A stretch of 63,997 bases of DNA, filler included, from Catajapyx aquilonaris (Eukaryota): NCBI GenBank assembly GCA_000934665.2. It is 4 parts of 4 records of this genome, joined end to end, with 100 filler letters (N's around TTAATTAATTAA, not from the genome) between each part and the next. Parts side by side here need not be neighbours in the genome. Positions count along the whole stretch, not along the records: positions 1 to 15,986 come from JYFJ02007331.1; 3 more parts are not named here. One strand, given 5' to 3'. Shown piece after piece: positions 1-13,542 of this stretch (the stretch's first letter is position 1; each line of letters opens with the position of its first letter). Under the pieces are notes generated by a model. That model saw nothing but the letters and a program-made list of their open reading frames with translations, did not search any database and was not told where the DNA came from. Position numbers and translations under genes: made by a program.

Positions 1-1920
1 TAAATTTTTTGCGGCGTTTTGAAGAGGAATTGAGTTTAGCCGTAAATGGTAGGAATGCACTTCACGACAGTGGGCATCTGTGTTCAAAATTTGGAAGTTC
101 TACCTACAGCAGAACTTGAGTTAGGGCGAATAAAAAAAACGTAACAAGATGTTGAAGAAATTCATTGTTGAAATCTATGCTACGGTCTTACTAAGGGGCT
201 ATCGCCCCTTAAATATACCGTAATATAACATAATATAATATACAGAAATATCCACATAATATAATATGGAATAATATACAATATAATCCGATGATATAAT
301 AACGATAAATTGCAATGCACGGGATTGCGTCATATATATCGGAATTTGCACAAAATCTTCAAATTGCAGAACTTTCGATCAGCTGAGGTTACAATATGGA
401 ATAATATACTCATTTTATAGGACATTTAATGCTCTACAACTTCATCTCTGAAAACATTCTTCTCAAATGAACGGTAAACGAGATAAAAGGAAAAGTTTGT
501 GAACAAACGGGAGGCAAGAATGTTTTTTTGGGGAATTCGCGATTTTGACGAGCGTATATCTCTGAAACTATAACAGATACGGAAATAGTGAATAGAGGGA
601 TTCTTGTAGGGAATTTTACCAGCTTCAATTTTGTACATTACCACATTCTGGCTAGACCTACCCGATTTCGAGATATAATATAAAAACAAAAAAACCGTAC
701 CTTCTTCCCCCCCTCCCCCCTTAGCCTCACCTCCTAGGTCCCGGGACTTTTAGTATGTTTACCTCCTAACTAGTCCAAACAAATCCCTGAGGTCAATTCT
801 TGCCGTCCCGTCATTTCCGTCTACACCCCCTTTTTGAGCATTCATTGCCTGGACTATAAGGTGGAAATGAAGCTAGAGTCACTCAATGAGAATTTTATGA
901 AAAAAACATATGTTACGCAGTTTTGTGTCCTCTTATCAATGGTGCAAAGAAAAATACACGTCACCGTGCAAATTAGCGAACTGGAGGGCTCAGAAGTTCG
1001 CGATTTAACATGGGCCCTTATGGCAGAATTTTCAATAGTCCACAAAAAAATGATAAGCAAATGAGAATTTTAAAATTTAATGTGGAATATGTCGGGAATT
1101 ATATACTGATCGTAACCGCAAAAAGAAAAACCTACCTCACCGTGCTCTTTCAATTTGCATTGCTGAAAAACGATCCGAAAATGATCCAGTGACGTCACAT
1201 TGCTCCACTCGAGTGAGGACGTGGCAACATAGCGTTGTTTACGGAAGCGAGATACGGTTGCATACGACCGCGAATGCGAAATATGAGTGCAAGTTAGTAT
1301 GATGGTTTTCACAATGGCTCACACAGGATTTTCGTTTGGCGGGGGTGTTTGTCAGACGTCAGAACCGTTATATTAGTTTATATCGTTATAATTATAATAT
1401 AAAAATCGAATCATTCGAATCCACCCGGCAATGACGTCACATTGCTACGCGATAATTGGCCCGGACCTTTGCTGCGTTGCCGCTTCTATCTGTCACCCGC
1501 CGCGTACCAACTGAACGTGTTCCAAATCCGACACAAATGAAGAGCTACAGGCTCCCCTTTCGGAACTAAACTTTTAAAAATGCCATGACAAATTGGGACC
1601 TCGTAATTACGACCGGATTAAATCGATTTCCATCAAAAATAAAAAATATTAAGCACACCTCCAAATACCATGTTTAAGTTGGCAGTCGTGAAAATGGCGC
1701 CTGCGCACAAAAACTTGCAGCCGGTAATAGGCCCATATTAAATCGAGTTTAAAACGCAGATTCGAATGGAATGCATAGGATTGAACAGCATTTACTGCTG
1801 CATCGGTTGCATATGTTTTCCTGATTTTAGCCCTTCTTATTAACATTCCAATTCTAGACTCTCATTTGATTAGCAAGTCGCTTCATTTCCACCTTAATTG
1901 TGCTTCATATACTTTATAAA

Positions 1921-2511
1921 TACAAGTTCTAATCAAAAAGTAATTCACAACTGTTTTTTATCTACGAGGCTTCACAACAGAAACTGCAACTGGCATATAC
2001 ATATGAAAGGGCAAGCCTTTCTTTCCTTTCAGACATAGTCACCATACACGTTGGTGCACTTGTTCCACTGGGCCACTAGTTTTTCAAAAAGTATCAGGAT
2101 GGCTAGGAATCCAGTGGTGGATGGCCTCTTTCACTTTCTCATTATTGCTGAGGTCTTCGCAAACCAGTGCTTCTTTTTTGGTTCAAAGAGATGGTAGACC
2201 ATGGTTAAGACTTAAGAGCATCATTTGGTACCAATGAAAGGAGCACCTGGCCAGTCAGCACTTCAGGGACAATGAGGAAGTAAAAGAGGCTGTTCACCAT
2301 TGGTTTCCCAGCAAACCGGACACTTTTTTCTGCAGTGGCATGGATAAACTAGTGGCCTGCTGGGACAAGTGCACCAAAGTGTATTGTGACTATGTCTAAA
2401 ATTAGAGAAAGACTTATTGCCCTTTCATATGTATATGCCAGTTTCAGTTTCAGTTGTGAAGCCTCATAAATAAAAAAGTTGTGAATTACCATACTTTTCG
2501 ATTCGCCTCGT
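1921..2511 (+). mobile_element. Mariner-derived deletion derivative (MITE) with long inverted arms
   Basis: About 1921-2080 is the imperfect reverse complement of about 2345-2511. 2240-2398 translates as a mariner transposase C-terminus (EHLASQHFRDNEEVKEAVHHWFPSKPDTFFCSGMDKLVACWDKCTKVYCDYV*). Confidence 0.8.
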
Positions 2512-3129
2512 TCTTTAAATCATCGTGTAATTAAGCGATTCGAAATGATCCCTCAATGTAAAAACATTAGGTGTAGAATCCAACAGTCAAGGGAAATACT
2601 CCTCCAGTAAGAGAGTATATCCTCTGACTCTTTGTGTAGGCAGGTTTATTTTCCGTCAATAAGAGCATAAGAAAATTTTGTGACTTATTTTTTGAGTGTC
2701 ATTCATCTGCTTCATAATATGATGGAAAACCACATGTGATATGAGTTCTTTGTTGCACTCTGACTAGAATAATTGGTATAAAAATATTAATAATATATAT
2801 TCGTAGCTTCTTGCACATTACATGAATTGTAACAAAAAGAGTCCACCATCACTCTATTACACATCAGTGAAGCAAAATTAGTTTGTTGGATTTACTCCGC
2901 TCTCTATGCAGAGGGGAATATTCCACTTCACATGAGAGATGAGACCCTTCTTATTGAGCAAATCTGACATTTTATCATAACCTCATACATTCGTGTTATA
3001 GGTAAAGCTGCCCAAAAGTCATTCTATTATTTGCTATATGCTTTATGGTAATAATATTACTTACAATGTACATTTTTAAATGCCTCCTTTCTTTATGGAG
3101 ATGCCATCATACTTATTTTTCATTTCTAG

Positions 3130-6100
3130 AAATGCTCGCAAAAGCCTAGAGCATCAGTGGCGCATGACATATGGAGTAAATATGCAGAAGCTATTCCGCA
3201 ATTTAAACCCAGTACTGGTGGAAGATGTGTCATACGCCTGCATTCGTCCAAAGTTAGAAAAGTTGTCCTTTGCCTACCTGCTGACCACATCAGAATTGCG
3301 TTACCTGTCTGTCAATGTGCAGGAAAATTTCTACACTGCTGGACAAGTGATTGCCCGCTACGATGACATTCCTCCAGGAATTTCTGTCATCTGCAAGGGG
3401 AAGGTCATTGCCACCTTCCCAGGGAAGGGGACTGTAGTGCTGACAGGTGGAGAGTATGTGAGCCAAAAACTACCAAATATCCAAGCAGATAACTTTTATG
3501 GGAGGGACACTTTCATGGACTGATATTGTTCTCAAATTTCCTGTTTAGTTTTATTGGTGACATGCAAGTGTTTAAAGAGACCTTCAAGTGCATGTATGAA
3601 GCTCTGACAGAAGTGGAGACGGCAGTGATTAAACCACACCACTGGAGAGAAGTGCTGAAACATGCTCCAAGAGTGGCCAACATGTTTGAAAAGATGGTGC
3701 CCATCCAGACTCTAGTAGGTTTTGGGAGGCACCTAACACATTGCTACTGCATAAATAATTTAGTCAACTGTGAGGCAGCTTGTTTATGCATTGGTTAGCA
3801 CCCCAGTTTTCCACAGGGGTGGGCAACCTACGGCCCGCGAAGACAATTTGTGCGACCCGCACAAGCATGTTGGAATTCCTGAAAGTTTTGAAAAATTAAA
3901 ATTGTACAATTTTATGCCTGTGCCTTTCTTTTTAATTCTTTTAAATCCATGAAACATTGTTTTTTTATTTATACAGACCATTTTCATTGATATATTTAGC
4001 TAATTTTATCGATTTTCAGAGAATCTAATGATAAAATTTATGCAATTAATGGAAATTAATTTAAAGCGATGGATATATAATTGTAATTTTTTTTTATAAG
4101 TTGAAATTTCTTTTGATTGATGCGACCTGTCAAAATTTTTTAAATCTCTGTTAGGCCCACGGAGAAAAAAGGTTGCCCTCCCCTGACCTATGAGGTCCCA
4201 GGGTTGCATGAAGTATTCTATCACGTGGAAAGAGTTTCAATAGGTTCTTATCATGGTTGCATTGGATCTCCTGTTTCCTCCCCTAAATGCAGTATAATCC
4301 ATCAAGAGCTCAGTAAATGAATAAAGTTGGTAAATGAAAAGAGGATTCCCTTAGGCTGCAGGCCTATCACAGTATGACCCATTAACTGAAGACCTCAGGG
4401 GAAGAATGATCAAGGTCCACTTTTTGACAAAAATGAGTTATTCAGAAGATACTTTGACTAGTGTAGAATATGATGGTTTGGTCGTGGTTGCGAAGTAATG
4501 ATCATAGGTCACGATGGTCACTATGGAAGGCCCCGAAAGTGGGATTTCTGAGTACAATGGAACCTTATGGGCCTTCAAAATTTTAAATTGGAATATCTTA
4601 GTTTCACCTGAGGTGGACCTTGATCATTCTTCCCTAGAGGTCTTCAATTATACTTAGACAATTGCCTGGCAAGAATTTACAATATTATAAACAATAATAG
4701 AAAACTCTATACAGGGTGGTGCACTGCTCAAGTCCCCAACAAGGGAGGTAGAGGAAGGTGTGGATTTACTATCCCAGCAACCAGTGTAAAGGAAAGCAAT
4801 ACTCAAGGCAAATGAGTATGACGTTGGTGATTATTGCTTCCAATAATTGATTCTGTAGCAACTAGTTGCTAGAGTAAATAATAATAAGCTTATTTTCCTA
4901 TCCCCTCCTTGAACTGAGGACTTATTCAGTGGACTGCACTACGTAACCCTTATAATTATGCAATATGTAACATGCAATTGATGAGGTGTAGAGGAGTTTT
5001 ACCTCGTGCTGAGGTTGTTTTCTAGAATGGCTGGGAAAGCAATGCCTGTTTTAAGTGTAACTGTTACTCCTTCACTGCATCAATCACAGATCATGTTTTT
5101 AAAAGAACCTCAAAATTTTTCATTTATGAATTCAAAAATTCTGTTGTCACCACGTTTACCCATAATGTGCGGTGATTGTAAATTTTTATATGAAGAAGTG
5201 CAGAAGGAATAACCTGTACTAATTTTAATCATTATTTTGCTTCAATTGCAGATTCTAGAAAAACGAAAGAATACCTTGGCCTTGACAAAACTCCCTGAAA
5301 AAACTAAAACTCTGCTAGAGAAACGGGCATTGGATGTAAATGTCCAGCGTGTATCTCTCAACTTCCAGACCGTGTCTGATAGCAGCACATTCATGTTCTC
5401 GAACCTCTACAGCTGGAAACAATGGATTATCCGCCATGGGAGTCCTGAAGACAGAGACACCAATCAACTGGCTTTTATTCATGTTATCAGTGAGAGCATG
5501 CATGTGTGCAAGTTTGTCCTGCACCCCGAATGCAAATTTGTGCTCATACTGCGTGCTATGAACAGTGTTGCAGCCTTTATTTCTGTCTGGCTCACCTTTT
5601 ATGAGTTGGCTATGTGGCATGACTTTAGCCTGGCCCGTCACCTTCAGAACGCCATTATCATATTGCAGTGGATTAGAATTTACATCCAAGTTTCTACTGG
5701 TTACCTAGATGAACACATGGATACGGTGTGTGATCGACATCTCACATGGAAGCGCTACAAGGATAACATTTTTCAGATGTGCATTGATATACTTTCTTCT
5801 CTACCCATTGACCTTGTTGCACTTGTCTACAACCCTCGATGGTTTATCTACCTGCGAGGTCTCTACTGCCTCAGAATTGTAAGTCACTTTCTTGCAGGGA
5901 ATAGTATTGCCTTAAGAATTACCTGCACAGAGTTCATGAAATAGCCCCAGACTCTGGCATACATTGTTAAGGTCTGGTAAGTTGGGTGCATAATTAGTGA
6001 ACAGGTCATTGATTCATTAATTTTTGGAGATTGTAGGCTGCTTGTGTTCAAATACCCACTTCAAAGGGGCTGGAGCATCTGTGATTGCATGAATAGGTAT

Positions 6101-9100
6101 CAGAACATTCTTCAATGCTGAAAACAAATTTTTTGAAAGGTCCTATTTCCAGCCATTTGATGGAAGGGTATTTGACTGTATAACTTGATGGCCACCAAAT
6201 CATATGGTGATTCCTTTTTCTTGGAGAATAAACCATGTAATAGTGTGTGCCTTCTTTGCTCTAATACAGGGCTTCCCAAACTGTGGGTCGCAAGGAAGGG
6301 TAAAATTATTTTTACAAAATGATTCTGAGTATCTTGCTGGAAAAAATGCCCATAAACGAGTAGATGTAATAATTTAACGATTATTGCCATTGACTACCAC
6401 TGATGGGGGTAAGATGGAATTGGAAGTGGGGGTTGCGAATTTTAGGAGATGATTTTCTGGGGTCACCAGCGAAAAATATTGGGAAGCACTGCATCTAATG
6501 CATGGGTGAACTTTACCGTGGAACAATTTGTGTCTAGTATTTTTTTAAACTCCAAACATATGTGCACAGTTATAAATTAGTGACCTTCTGAGAAACTGAT
6601 TTTATGAGGCTGTTTGGTCAGGTTGCATCTGTAATGGGATGTCTGTGAAGATTTTGATAAAACTAAGTGAAAGTGGGTTTAGCAATGATATGATTACATG
6701 CAAGCAAATGAACTTCACTAGTGCCATGCTGTGTCACCATTATTTTACCAGTTTCATATTTATTACTGTTGAGATGTGTTTCACATATTTTTAAAATAAG
6801 CAGCAGATAGCCGAGTACAGTGTTGGACATTAATCGAGGCATACTGCTAGCAACATGTTCCAAAGCAGCAGAAGAAGGAGTCTTGCTCGCCTGCTTGCAG
6901 GATCCTTATCTTCGATTCTGTCTTCTGACGCTTTGGAAAATGTCGCTAGCAGTATGCCTCAATTAATGTCCAACACTGTACAATCGTACATATGAGCTGT
7001 AATACAACATACCATGTTTTTTCACAGGTATTTGTAGGTGAGGCATTTGCACTAGATCCCCTGAACATCAATCAAAGCTTAGTGAAGACTCGTATTCGTA
7101 AGCTGCTGGTGCTGTTACTTTTGTATTGCCACTGTGCTGCCTGCTTCCTCTACATTGTCAACAGTTCCCTGGGAGACTCCAGAGTGACTTTTCATGATTC
7201 TTGGGAAAAAGCAGAAATCATTGAAGATGAGGAGAACTTTGATCATGAAGCTGATTCTTCAATTGGCCTGGGGTGGTTTGAGATGTATCTTCCTGGGAAG
7301 GACTCTTGGCGCCACCTGAGGAAGTACCTAACTGTTCTTCTCTGGGCCACGCATACCATCACCACAGTGGGGCTTTACACTGTACATCCCCACTCTCTCC
7401 CAATGCTTTTCTTCAGCACCTGTCTCATGCTATTCAGTTTGTTTTTAATGGGAAATATTCTGGGTGGCTTAGCACTAGTGCTGAGGTACAAGAAAGAGAA
7501 TCAGATGATGTACATGGAACGTGTGAACCTTATTACGGCAAGTATTATGAATGGAAATACTGTTACCTCAGCCATGTGTGTATTTGAATTTACTGTTGCT
7601 CAAGGAATATTTTTTGATTCTATTCTAATTAGAGGTTATTTTAGTAGAAGACAAATCTGAAAGATTCCTTTTTCTTGGACATTATACTTGATTCATTCAA
7701 TTTAGTTATTCATTCATAGTATAACACTACTTTATGGGAATACCTTTCCTTGTTCATTAGGTGCCACACTACAAAATTTATCATACATTCAAAATATTGG
7801 CAGCCTTGCTGGATTGAAGTCTATTGGAAACAAATCAACACCTGAAGTGCAGAGTGATCATAGTCATATTTCACTGTCTGGTTTCTAAATATCCTAGTTT
7901 CTATAATAGTTTTAAGGAAGGTTCTTTGCAGGATGAATTCTTTCAATCATATCTCTAGGAAGATCTAATTTATGTGTAAAAAATAATGCCCATCAGAAAG
8001 CGTCTTTTTCCTGGCCACCGTTTCAAAAGTCATGATTTTGAAGAAACTGTGGTGAATGTGTCCATATGTCCCTATGGCATCCCTAGGAAACTTATGTGTC
8101 ACGATATAAATGCTGCTAGCTTATTTATAATGTGGGGAAAATGGTAGTGCAACTGCATTCCTCCTCTACCCTGCTTTCCTTTGCTATCGCTACTTGGGAC
8201 ATTGTCAATCACTAGTCAACAATGAGAGCATGAGAAGCAAATGGGAACAAGTGGATTTTGGCAGGGAATCGAGCCAATATGGAGGTACTACAGACTTTAT
8301 GTTGATACCCAAAATGACGGCTCAGTCCAGCTCACTATTATTTTTGACCATTGGTCAGCCTTAATGATGTTTTGCTGTAGATGCTTGCTGAGGTAGGTGC
8401 TTGGCGCAGTATAGCCAGTGCTGCTGTTGCGCCAATAAACCATTACTCAATCAATCAATCAATCTGGCTGAGGCCTGACTTACCATCTCCTTCAGTTCAA
8501 GCTAGCCACCCATATGGGAGCTTCCTGACTGGATATTCATGTTAGCTGTTTGGAGTGTCAAAATATTTTCCAACTTGCACTACTGTGCATTTTGAATGTC
8601 ACGTGAAATCCAATTTCAAGATTTAATTTTTGGGAGAGTGACCCTGTAGTGTAGTCAATTCTAAAGGTGTGTGCTCAAGCTCATGAAAACCCACTTCTTA
8701 CCATGACATTAATCAATCCCCAAACCCATTGCTTGCTAATCATGGTAGCATAGTGGATGTTCAACTCCTTATAGTCCTGCTGATGATGACGATAATTCCC
8801 AGTGACTGGTCTTCAACCGTGCAGGGGATCCTTTGTTAAATGACCTGGTTATTCATTGATGAGTTTTGATTGTTGGGTTACACAAGGTAACACCAAGATA
8901 ACCCTCATGAATACAGAGAGAACCATGGAATCTATTTATATATGAGAAAGTGCTTTGTCCAACCCAGGGATCCATCTTAGGACCACACAGGCAGTGGTGC
9001 AGACTAATATACACCATCGTGTCCATTGGCTGCCTTAGTAGGCAATTGGCATGCAAGAATGTATTTTATTGCATCCTAGAAAGAGTGGTGAGAAGCCAGG

Positions 9101-12100
9101 TATGGTATACTGTACTGCAGGCTTTGGAATCCACTTTGACTCAATTTTGACCGAAATGTGACTGCGATCATTCTGCATTTCAGCCTTTCATATACATTTT
9201 TCATGCATGTTTACAAGTTACAGAATGGATTAGAGAATAATGTTTATTAATAAGCTACTTAAACGTACTGCACATTTATTAACTACTGAAGCAAAGTTAA
9301 TAATCTACTTTCCATTGAGCCCAAAGTTAAAAGCTGGTTAGTCTGTTTTAGGTGAGTGCCTTGAGATACCCAGATATGTAATTATTTATACTATTTGCAT
9401 ATTCAGGGTTTTTTGAAAGTGATTGGCCTTCAGAAGAAGAGTATCACAAGGCTGGACAGGTTTTGCAAGAATAAGTGGGCTACTGTGGAAGGTGGCAGCC
9501 TGCAGGATGCAATGCAGTACATACCACGATGTCTCCGCAGTGATATTTGTGTAGAACTCTATGCTGAAAGACTGAAAGGAGTGAGTTGGCTATTTTTTTA
9601 AAATTCAATATTAAATGCAAAAGATCATACTGTGTGATATTATAAGACAGCCCATATTTTACTGACCATAGACTTACCACACAGACCATAGATATGGCGA
9701 TTAGTTTGCAACAATTTGATTAAAAGAACCTCCATAAAGTGGAAGGGTCAAGTCACCTTCATCTATAGAGGTTTATAATTATAATAGAATAATGCTAGCA
9801 GAGTCACATTTTTTGTACATTGTACAACTGGATTAGTGGCTACATCATGTGCCACAAAGTGAAATCACAAACAGAAATCATGTCATGCTTTATAAACAAC
9901 ACTAAGACCATCAAATGTAATGCCATGGAATTTTGTTGTTTTATGTTATTGGGTGCTAATTGGGCAAATTTTTGCTGGAAAAAAATACGTATCATTCATT
10001 CATTCATTCATTCATTCATTCATTACACTCACGGCATATTTCCAAAATGGGGTTACCAGCGATGACCAGGAACTTGGCCATCTCGCAAGACCAGTTTAAT
10101 GAATCCTCTGGTGACTGGTCAGGCCACGCAGAGGATATGATGGATAGGATGATAATGAAAAGGATGACATGAATATACATACAGACAGACAGACACACAC
10201 TCGTGCAATGTACACCTATACATAATTATACAAAAATTCATATTAAAACTATGCAAAAACAATGTAAACTGTCCAGCACGAAATACTAGAAGTACATATG
10301 TATCATGGTTCTCCCAATCTACATTTCTATGTACACAAATGTTTTACACTTTCATCAAAGTGCAAGGTAATTAGGACTTGAAATATGACCCCCTACCAAA
10401 GGCCAAATCACTTTTTGTACTTATTGAAATGCTCGAATATTTTGACATTACAGTAGACTGCTATATATTGTTTGGACCAAACATTAATATATTCAGTTAT
10501 AGGTCAGTATACACTGACTGTGAGTTAAGGCTCTATTATGAACAGTTGTCACTATATGATGAGGCTCTCCTTAACACATGCTAAAATGGTCAAAATCATC
10601 CTTTTTCTGGTATATTTGGGAACAAAGATACAGCAGAAGAGAATTTCCGAATTTACCGAAGCAGGTTGGCATAGTGAATAGGGCTTCCGACTGCTAATCG
10701 GGAGGTCCTGGGTTCGAATCTCGGGGCCGGCAACCCTGACTGTGGTTTTCTGTGGTTTTCCGCGGTCTTTCTAGGATAATTCAGGGGTCGCTTCCGTATT
10801 ATAGGCCACAGCCGCTTCCTTCCTTCCCTATCCTTGGAGGTTGAAAGGCAATGCTGGGCCAACCTCCTTATATCAATTATAAAGAAGAGAATTTCGGAAC
10901 TTTCTGGTCCTGTGTAATTTATGGGCCACCTAATTTTGCATTTTTGTGTATAGTTTCAGTAATCATATGCAGTGGTGTGCACTAAAGTCATACAGCAGGC
11001 AGAAAACTTTGTGCATGTGTTGCAAAAGTGGCGAGTTGAATTGAAGAAACCTTTAGATACTGATTTTCGTGGTCACTTGAAGTTTGTTATATCCAGAGTC
11101 AAGTGCAGTATCATGCAATGCTACTAGCAGGAAAGTTTCATGGGAACCAACATTTTGACACTTTACCTTAGCAATGCAGATAGAGAAGCATGTCATTAGT
11201 GGACTCTGCATATAGCTGCAAAAAAATTTGCATTCTACCATTGAGATGAAATTTTCCATGTAGGGTACTGCATTTTTGTCAGAAATAGCGGAACCCTATC
11301 CAATGTGAAAACATATAAATGGTAGCGTATCATTTTTAGGTCCCTCAGTAAGGAAAACACAGTGCATAGAAAATTAATTATTCACAATATATTGTACAGT
11401 ACATTATAAAAGCTATCTGGTACCTCTCTGGTTGTCCAGAGTTTTTCTCTAACTTCCCAATGATGTAGAAGACTGAACCTTGTACTTTGTGCTGAAACTT
11501 TGTACAGTACACCTTGGTACACTCATTGCCTGTGTATGTGCCTAAAATTCAGTTTTGGGTTTCAAAGTCTGATTTCAATTTCAATATGTAAGGGTGTATG
11601 TAGTGTCCAAATGGCAGGACCTCTAGGGTCAGGAGTGTGGACATTGGGAGACAACAACAGCAGAGTTCCATAAAATCCACTTGGAGTATTCTGTGGATCT
11701 ACTGTGCGTATATTTAATGGAGGCACAAGCTCTATGAGTCCATTAGCCATAGTGTGAATGCATTGCCTTGCTTCCCATTTATTGGTGTGACTTATTGTTG
11801 AATGTATTTCTCTTTGTAAGTATTTATTTCGGCTATTCATTGCATTTCTTTCAAAGGCCTCACCACATGGGAGCTCTTGGAGTCCAGAGCCCAAGGCATT
11901 CACATCACCATGGGGACACCCATGATTGTAGTAAATTAGTGCATGAAAACATTTGATATGCAGCTCAGCTAATATTCAACTATTTCATCCAATTCACTAG
12001 GTATCCATATTTGCAAACACCGAGCTTGCATTTATTCGTCACCTGTGTTCAATGGTTCATGCAGAGTTCTTCATAAAAGGGAACTATGTGGCCCAGAATG

Positions 12101-12888
12101 GGATTGCTGATTCTACCTTGTACGTGATCCATGAGGGTGAGTTGGATGTGTTGGAGGAGAGCCAGGGTACCCAGCCAACTGGTGCCACTGATTTGACTGA
12201 TGTGAATGGGGGAACAGCCGAGGAGGGAATCACAGGCAGTATGTACATTCTGAAGACTTTCTTGAGAAACTGGACTAGGGGGAAGAGAAAGGAGGTTAAT
12301 GGAAAGGAAGAGATGGGAACAGTTGAAGATAGTGAGGAAGATGGACTTTTTGAAGAGGTGATTTCTACAATAGGACCTGGCAGCTTTTTTGGACAGGCAC
12401 AAGTTCTGAAAGGGGACCGAGCACACAGGCACTCATACAGGGTGCATTCAAACACAGCAGTGGTGTTTGCACTTAAGGAGCAGGCAGTGCAGGAAGTGAT
12501 GGGTTACTTTCCAATTTCCAAGGAGCAAGTGGAGAATCAGTTCAAATTGAAACCTCATCTAGTTAAGCACATAAAATCAAGGCAGCTCCGAGTCAAGACA
12601 ATAAGAACAGATGATCAGTATTCAAGAACAGGTTCAGTGCACAATCTTGACCAGACAAGCCTAACAAGAGATGCTACAAGTGTCGTACAAGTTCCTGCAA
12701 TGGTCACAGATGCTCTTGAGTCTACAAAAAATGTAGAAGTATCAAAGTCGGAATCCAAAAGAGTCACAATATCAATTCCAGAATCCATAACTGTCACAGT
12801 GCCTGAGTCTACAGACAGCTCAGATTCTGAGTCTACAAGTAGCTTGGAAGACAATGATGAAGATAATGCTAGCAATTCCAGCCAGTGA
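3130..12888 (+). CDS. Cyclic-nucleotide-binding-domain ion channel (CNG/KCNH superfamily), tandem-repeat CNGK-like; 5'-partial, 6 exons, about 895 aa visible
   Basis: Phase-compatible exons 3130-3453, 3549-3714, 5252-5878, 7028-7537, 9407-9580, 12001-12888(stop). Order: C-linker + CNBD (FYTAGQVI..GGDFIGD); S1-S4 (VLHPECKF, TGYLDE, IDILSSLPIDL); S5-pore-S6 (CHCAACF, WATHTITTVG); C-linker (IPRCLRSDI); second CNBD (FIKGNYV..LYVIHEGELDV..GPGSFFGQ). Confidence 0.85.
3814..4185. mobile_element. hAT-type (Charlie-like) MITE
   Basis: TIRs CAGGGGTGGGCAACC ... GGTTGCCCTCCCCTG with GGCCC subterminal motifs. No clean 8-bp TSD. Confidence 0.7.
4384..4649. mobile_element. MITE with about 37-bp TIRs
   Basis: AACTGAAGACCTCAGGGGAAGAATGATCAAGGTCCAC (4384-4420) is near-perfectly inverted at 4613-4649. 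Confidence 0.75.
6267..6491. mobile_element. hAT-type MITE (related copy at 63304-63588)
   Basis: TIRs CAGGGCTTCCCAA ... TTGGGAAGCACTG; internal similarity to 63304-63588. Confidence 0.65.
6818..6978. mobile_element. Tc1/mariner-type MITE
   Basis: About 50-bp TIRs beginning CAGTGTTGGACATTAAT, flanked by TA on both sides. Confidence 0.8.
10655..10882 (+). mobile_element. tRNA-derived SINE, family 1
   Basis: A box (TGGCATAGTGAA) and B box (GGTTCGAATC); body GTGGTTTTCTGTGGTTTTCC...AGGCCACAGCCGCT shared with the copies at 28500 and 37899; imperfect ~20-bp TSD AGAAGAGAATTTC(C/G)GAA at 10635 and 10883. Confidence 0.85.
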
Positions 12889-13280
12889 CACAATATTGAA
12901 TGCAATAATTCCTCATTTATCCTTTGAATGTATAGGTCAGGAGAAAAGCCTGATTTGTCACCAAAATGAACACATCAAAACCAATAAGTTACGAATTTTA
13001 ATTATTAAATTAAATATTATTTATTATGTTACAGTGATTTGTTATCTTGCCTAATTTTGCAGTTTTACACTGTTTGTATATGGTGGGTATGGGGGGGGGG
13101 GGGNGGGGGGGGGGGGTTCTGGGAGGACTGACGAGAGGCTTGGTCGGGTCAGTCCCCCCCTGACAAATCATTAAACTTTATTATGTTTGTATAGGGGTAT
13201 TGTGTAAGAAGTGCCAATTGTCCAGAGTTAATGGTTACAGGTTTATTGTACTTTTTCTGATATTGCTTGCATCAGTGATT

Positions 13281-13542
13281 TTTTTTTAACCCCGTGATAG
13301 GGCGGACCCCTTTTAGGGGGGAAGGGGAGGTTCCCAAGGGAGTGCGCTGTAATTATAGTCATTTCTGACTTTGTGAAATGCACCAGGCCCTGGGCAGAGT
13401 AGGGAGTGCTATTCTGCCCTGGCATGTCGGGTGAAAAGTGGAAAAAGACCCAGCCAAGCAGAGGTGACGGGGACGGTATTTGAACCCCGGCCTCCCGCTT
13501 GGCTGGCCAGTGGCGTAACCACCAGACCACCATGCCTCCCCA
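13281..13542 (-). mobile_element. tRNA-derived SINE, family 2
   Basis: Minus strand has A/B boxes (TGGTGGTCTGGTGG, GGTTCAAATAC), a 3' tail CCCTATCACGGGGTT + poly(A), and TSD TTG(C/T)ATCAGTGATT at 13267 and 13543. Confidence 0.8.

Noticed and set aside
1190..1446. Two TGACGTCACATTGCT (CRE-like) direct repeats as a promoter
   Set aside because: No linked transcription start; probably within repeat-derived intronic DNA.
2560..3001. Possible upstream channel exons
   Set aside because: Stops in all plausible frames and a phase mismatch with the exon at 3130.
10655..10730. tRNA-like sequences (also near 13470, 28500, 36470, 37899, 47591)
   Set aside because: They are SINE heads followed by shared bodies, tails and TSDs, not tRNA genes.
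12239..12278. Cryptic GT-AG mini-intron in the CNBD insert
   Set aside because: 40 nt long; removal would shift the frame.
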